A stretch of DNA of 64,000 nucleotides from Oligoflexia bacterium. GTDB taxonomy: Bacteria; Bdellovibrionota; Bdellovibrionia; JABDDW01. Below the pieces are notes generated by a model. The model was not told the DNA's origin and made no database searches. It saw only the letters and a program-made list of their open reading frames with translations. The translations under genes and the position numbers were made by a program. Numbering within the stretch: position 1 is the stretch's first letter; every line of letters begins with the position of its first letter. The stretch spans positions 33,647 to 97,646 of the forward strand of contig JADLCR010000014.1 in assembly GCA_020847095.1 (NCBI GenBank). Direction: 5' to 3'. Below, piece after piece: positions 60,725 through 64,000 of the stretch.

Positions 60725-61846
60725 ATGAACCGTTTAATGGTTCGTATTTTGGGGATAACAGCCACATTGATAATGGCCGCAGGGTGCGAAACCGGCGACT
60801 CCACATCGACGGCGCCAGGTTCAGGCGTTGAACTGCGCCCACCTGGATCAAATGTAGTCTGCGATCCATTTGGTGGAGATCCAGCCTTACAAGGCCGAGG
60901 CCTCCTAGGTAATCTCTATTATCTTTCTGACGATCAGCCACGCTATCCAAGTGCCAAGGATTATGTGACTTACGGTCACCCCGTTGACGCTGATCTCTAT
61001 TTCAACGAACTTAACACTCCCACCCGACCGTTTGACCGTGGGTTTGTAAATCAAAATGGTGAAGTGTTTTTGAACGCCAATGGCACAACCTTATATGAGT
61101 ACTTTGGCATTCATCTAGAAACCAATTTCGAGCTGGCACCTGAGGATGCACCTGGTGATTACCAGTTTGCGATGCTTACTGACGACGGGTCGGTTCTCGA
61201 GGTAAGTGATTCTTTGGCCGGTTATCGAGTCCTGGTGAATAACGATGGCGTTCATCCAACTCGCCTTGGCTGTTCAACAACTCCCGTGTACTTCAGTGGC
61301 GAAGCAGAAATGCCTATGAAAATTGATTATTACCAGGGTCCTAGATTTCATATCGCCCTAATGCTGCTCTATCGACCGTGGCCAACAGTACATCCGGTAA
61401 ATGATCCTCATTGCGGAACCCAAGGCAACAGTCGCTTTTTTGATTCAACACAAAATCCGCCTACCCCTCAGGCCGCCTACAACGATTTGATGTCGAGGGG
61501 ATGGAAACAAGCTACCTGGAAAAACTATAAGCTTCCTGGCTTCAACAATCCTTGCGTCGTCGGCGAACCTCCGGTGATTTCAGACGTAGCGGTCTCAAAT
61601 ATTACTTCTAACTCTGTGGATATTTCATGGACGACCGATATTCCGAGCACTTCGCAGGCCGCATTTGCCGTGTCTGGATCGGGAAGTTATTCGTTCTCCA
61701 CTGAAGATTCTGGCCTCACGACCACGCATAATGTGACGCTCTCTGGACTAAGCACTTTCACGTTGTATGACTTCTACGTGATTTCAAAGGGTGCTGATAA
61801 TCAAAGTTCTCAAAGCGCTCCAAACACATTTAGAACGCTTCGCTAA
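60725..61846 (+). CDS. lipoprotein with PA14-like and fibronectin-type-III domains
   Basis: The internal Met gives lipobox IMAAGCE. PA14-like block (GNLYYLSDDQ...GDYQFAMLTDDGSVL). C-terminal FN3 (PVISDVAVSNITSNSVDISWTT...YDFYVISKG). Confidence 0.6.
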   Translation: MNRLMVRILGITATLIMAAGCETGDSTSTAPGSGVELRPPGSNVVCDPFGGDPALQGRGLLGNLYYLSDDQPRYPSAKDYVTYGHPVDADLYFNELNTPTRPFDRGFVNQNGEVFLNANGTTLYEYFGIHLETNFELAPEDAPGDYQFAMLTDDGSVLEVSDSLAGYRVLVNNDGVHPTRLGCSTTPVYFSGEAEMPMKIDYYQGPRFHIALMLLYRPWPTVHPVNDPHCGTQGNSRFFDSTQNPPTPQAAYNDLMSRGWKQATWKNYKLPGFNNPCVVGEPPVISDVAVSNITSNSVDISWTTDIPSTSQAAFAVSGSGSYSFSTEDSGLTTTHNVTLSGLSTFTLYDFYVISKGADNQSSQSAPNTFRTLR

Positions 61847-61879
61847 ACAAAATCTAGCCTCGACCAGAGTCCTGTTTTG

Positions 61880-61914
61880 GTGAGACCAGTATGGGTCTCA
61901 CTTTCTTTATTTCC
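61880..61914 (+). terminator. rho-independent terminator
   Basis: GTGAGACC-agtatg-GGTCTCAC hairpin followed by TTTCTTTATTTCC. Confidence 0.5.
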
Positions 61915-61925
61915 GAAAAGAAAGT

Positions 61926-64000
61926 GTGGACAAGTATTTGGTTTCATTGGCACTTATTCTGCTTTCGCTAGAAGTCGGCTGGCTGCTGCAAGACCTCAAT
62001 CTTGTCGACGTGCCCGGCCTTTTTTCAGAATCCAAGATCACTCCAGACAAGCCCATCGGTGCCGTTCAAGAAACCAAGAGACAAGTTCGCCGTAAGCCCT
62101 CTCGAAGTTTTATTTGGGAGCAAGCCGCTACCGATGAAAATGTTTATGCCTTTGATTCTGTTTTGACTCTGGAACAGAGTGCCGCACACATCAAATTAAA
62201 TTCGGGAACCGAAATTGAATTGCATGAAAATACCCTTATCACTTTAGAACCATCTTCTCCGGACGACATCAGCGGAACGGTCCGCCTACGGTTTAGAAAA
62301 GGAAATCTTGGGGGAAAACTCTCGAGCGGCCAAAAAGTCTCCGCGGGCGATTGGCTTGTTGAAGCGGATGGAAATGCCAATCTATCTCTGAGAGGCGGAA
62401 ACGACGGGCAGTTTCAAATTGAAAACCGGTCAGGAAACATCAAGATCATTTCGGCCCGAAATCCAGCACAAGTGGTTGAGTTGAATTCCGGACAAAGCAT
62501 TGATGTCAACAATCAGGGGCTGACGCAAATCAATGACAATCTTAAACTTGACTGGAAATCACCACCAGATGGCGTGAGATTTTACTCACACCAAGAACCT
62601 TTCTCAGTTCCGTTTCAGTGGGATGGCCGAATTACAGAAATTCAAATTTATGATTCTAAATCTGCAAAACCTCAAATCACAACGATTCAACCGCCAGAGA
62701 ATCAAAAGGAAGTACGTTTAAGTTACGGAAGTTATACGGTAAGACTTGCCAACGAATTGTCGCCAACATTTGCCCGCAATTTTGCAATTTGGCAGGCACC
62801 CAAGATCTATATTCTCAATCCGCTTCCTCGTCATCGCGTTAAAAGAAATTCTGAATTTAAACTTCGATGGACCAAAACAAAAGACGTTGCACGATATGTG
62901 TATGAAGTTTCTCCGGATCCTCACTTTAATTCAGTTATTCAAAAGGGGGAAACAGAAAATCTAGAAGCTGATCTCGAGAATCTCCCGTTGGGCGAATATT
63001 ACTTTCGCGTGAAAGGACTGGATCAACAGGGTTTTGAAATTCCGGCTCTCTATATCAATAAGTTTTTTGTTATCGATCAGCCTCTCGCTCCACCAAAATT
63101 AAAATCACCTGTGATTAAGCGAGATCAGTCTCAAAGTTGGTTTAGAAAAATTTGGGAGCTTGTTTTACCTTCGGCTCGAGCCCAAGATTCGGGATACTTC
63201 GCTGAATTTGTTTGGGAACCCGTTGAAGGAGCTGACGGCTACTTAATCGAAATCAGTGCCTCACCGGATTTTCAAAACCTTGTAGTCGATCAATCCGTCA
63301 GCACGCCGACTTTTAGATGGCCTAACTTTCAAAAAGGAAAATATTATTGGCGCGTAGCTGGAAAAGCTGGTCCTGCCGTTGGTTTGTACAGCGAAGTGGC
63401 GTACACCGATTTAACAGAGATTCCTAAGCGACCGATAACACCTCAAGCGGCCCCAGTTCAGGCCGCAAAGACACGGCCCACACCACTTAAAGCAAAAGCT
63501 GTCGAGAGCGCGCAAAAGCCGTTGCCCCAACCCAAACCCAAGCTTCATATTCATGAGACTCCTTTTGTCCCTTGGACTTATCAAATTGAGTTTGGAGGCT
63601 ACGGTGTCTTTCAACACTTTCGTGGCGACGACTATACAGCCAGACAGGTCGGGTTTGCCCCAGGGGTTTTAAGATTTACCGAATCAGCCGACCCCACACG
63701 GGAGTCGTGGAGATGGGAAGCCGAAATCAGCCGTCGCGTTGTGCGACCCAAGAGTGCACAACAGTTACCATTCCAAGATCCTGCAATTATGTATGGCGGG
63801 CGATTGACTTTCATCAACGAGAGTCCAAACGTGGATTCCTGGAGCTGGGGTGCAACTATTCACAATCAGCAAATCACCTATAAGAGATCCGGATTGGAAA
63901 CACTCGAAACCCAAGCTCTACCGTGGGTGGGCGGTCATCTCTCTCAACGCAACTACTCTTCACGGGATGAAACTGAACTTCGCTTCTCGGGTTTTGCTGG
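61926..64000 (+). CDS. large secreted protein with repeated FN3/Ig-like modules, 3'-truncated at window end (absent from ORF track)
   Basis: The frame runs from stop TGA 61881-61883 to position 64000 with no stop. It has no ATG, so the start is probably GTG 61926 or TTG 61938. It gives VDKYLVSLALILLSLEVGWLL (signal anchor), then modules ending in EYYFRVKGLD and KYYWRVAGKAG. Confidence 0.5.
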   Translation, partial: MDKYLVSLALILLSLEVGWLLQDLNLVDVPGLFSESKITPDKPIGAVQETKRQVRRKPSRSFIWEQAATDENVYAFDSVLTLEQSAAHIKLNSGTEIELHENTLITLEPSSPDDISGTVRLRFRKGNLGGKLSSGQKVSAGDWLVEADGNANLSLRGGNDGQFQIENRSGNIKIISARNPAQVVELNSGQSIDVNNQGLTQINDNLKLDWKSPPDGVRFYSHQEPFSVPFQWDGRITEIQIYDSKSAKPQITTIQPPENQKEVRLSYGSYTVRLANELSPTFARNFAIWQAPKIYILNPLPRHRVKRNSEFKLRWTKTKDVARYVYEVSPDPHFNSVIQKGETENLEADLENLPLGEYYFRVKGLDQQGFEIPALYINKFFVIDQPLAPPKLKSPVIKRDQSQSWFRKIWELVLPSARAQDSGYFAEFVWEPVEGADGYLIEISASPDFQNLVVDQSVSTPTFRWPNFQKGKYYWRVAGKAGPAVGLYSEVAYTDLTEIPKRPITPQAAPVQAAKTRPTPLKAKAVESAQKPLPQPKPKLHIHETPFVPWTYQIEFGGYGVFQHFRGDDYTARQVGFAPGVLRFTESADPTRESWRWEAEISRRVVRPKSAQQLPFQDPAIMYGGRLTFINESPNVDSWSWGATIHNQQITYKRSGLETLETQALPWVGGHLSQRNYSSRDETELRFSGFA

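Noticed and set aside
61877-62095. 72-aa ORF MVRPVWVSLS...
   Set aside because: It is out of frame with the more than 2-kb open frame that continues to the window end, and it begins inside a terminator hairpin.
1-64000. Search for CRISPR arrays, IS/transposase genes, integrases, rRNA/tRNA genes
   Set aside because: No direct-repeat/spacer periodicity, no DDE/HTH transposase-like ORFs and no T-loop (GTTCGAATC-type) consensus in intergenic regions were seen by eye. Intergenic spacers are mostly under 150 bp. A tRNAscan or Infernal run would be needed to be certain.

Overview
The window reads as a chromosomal segment from a Bdellovibrionota-like predatory deltaproteobacterium. The evidence for that is indirect: a histone-fold HBb-like gene, many FHA-domain proteins, many secreted hydrolases and lipoproteins, and roughly 45-50% GC. 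It is gene-dense on both strands and has no rRNA, tRNA, CRISPR or transposase that I could recognise by eye. Recognisable housekeeping content: a 5'-truncated HD-domain phosphohydrolase; an MFS exporter, a rhodanese and an EamA transporter; acetyl-CoA synthetase; a division-associated cluster (maf, yggS, proC, divIVA, yggU/DUF167); a lipoate/2-oxo-acid dehydrogenase cluster (lipA, E2, lpdA, lipB) with the AceE-type E1 encoded separately next to an alpha/beta-hydrolase and a HAD phosphatase; ExbB/ExbD-like proton-channel pair; sfsA and two SDRs; a complete oppABCDF-type peptide ABC operon; trxB, a 2Fe-2S ferredoxin, trmB and an NAD-dependent epimerase; BolA with a monothiol Grx4; and a PLD-family protein. 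Things not explained by routine annotation: (1) a 60-aa histone-fold protein that looks like a bacterial histone of the Bdellovibrio HBb type, next to a Lys/Ala-rich protein and a frameshifted alpha/beta-hydrolase; (2) a T2SS-E N-terminal (MshEN-like) domain protein translationally coupled between the permease and ATPase genes of the opp operon; (3) a translationally coupled operon of an orphan TadC/GspF-like membrane protein, DUF192, three FHA-domain proteins (one with two FHA domains) and a degenerate PP2C-like protein, with no kinase in the operon; (4) two long palindromic elements, one with perfect 17-bp terminal inverted repeats, in the 490-bp intergenic region upstream of oppA; (5) two plausible genes missing from the ORF track: a 36-aa THX-like basic protein, and a more than 690-aa secreted FN3-like protein with a non-ATG start that runs off the window end. 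All assignments rest on motif-level reading of the translations. No database searches were run.
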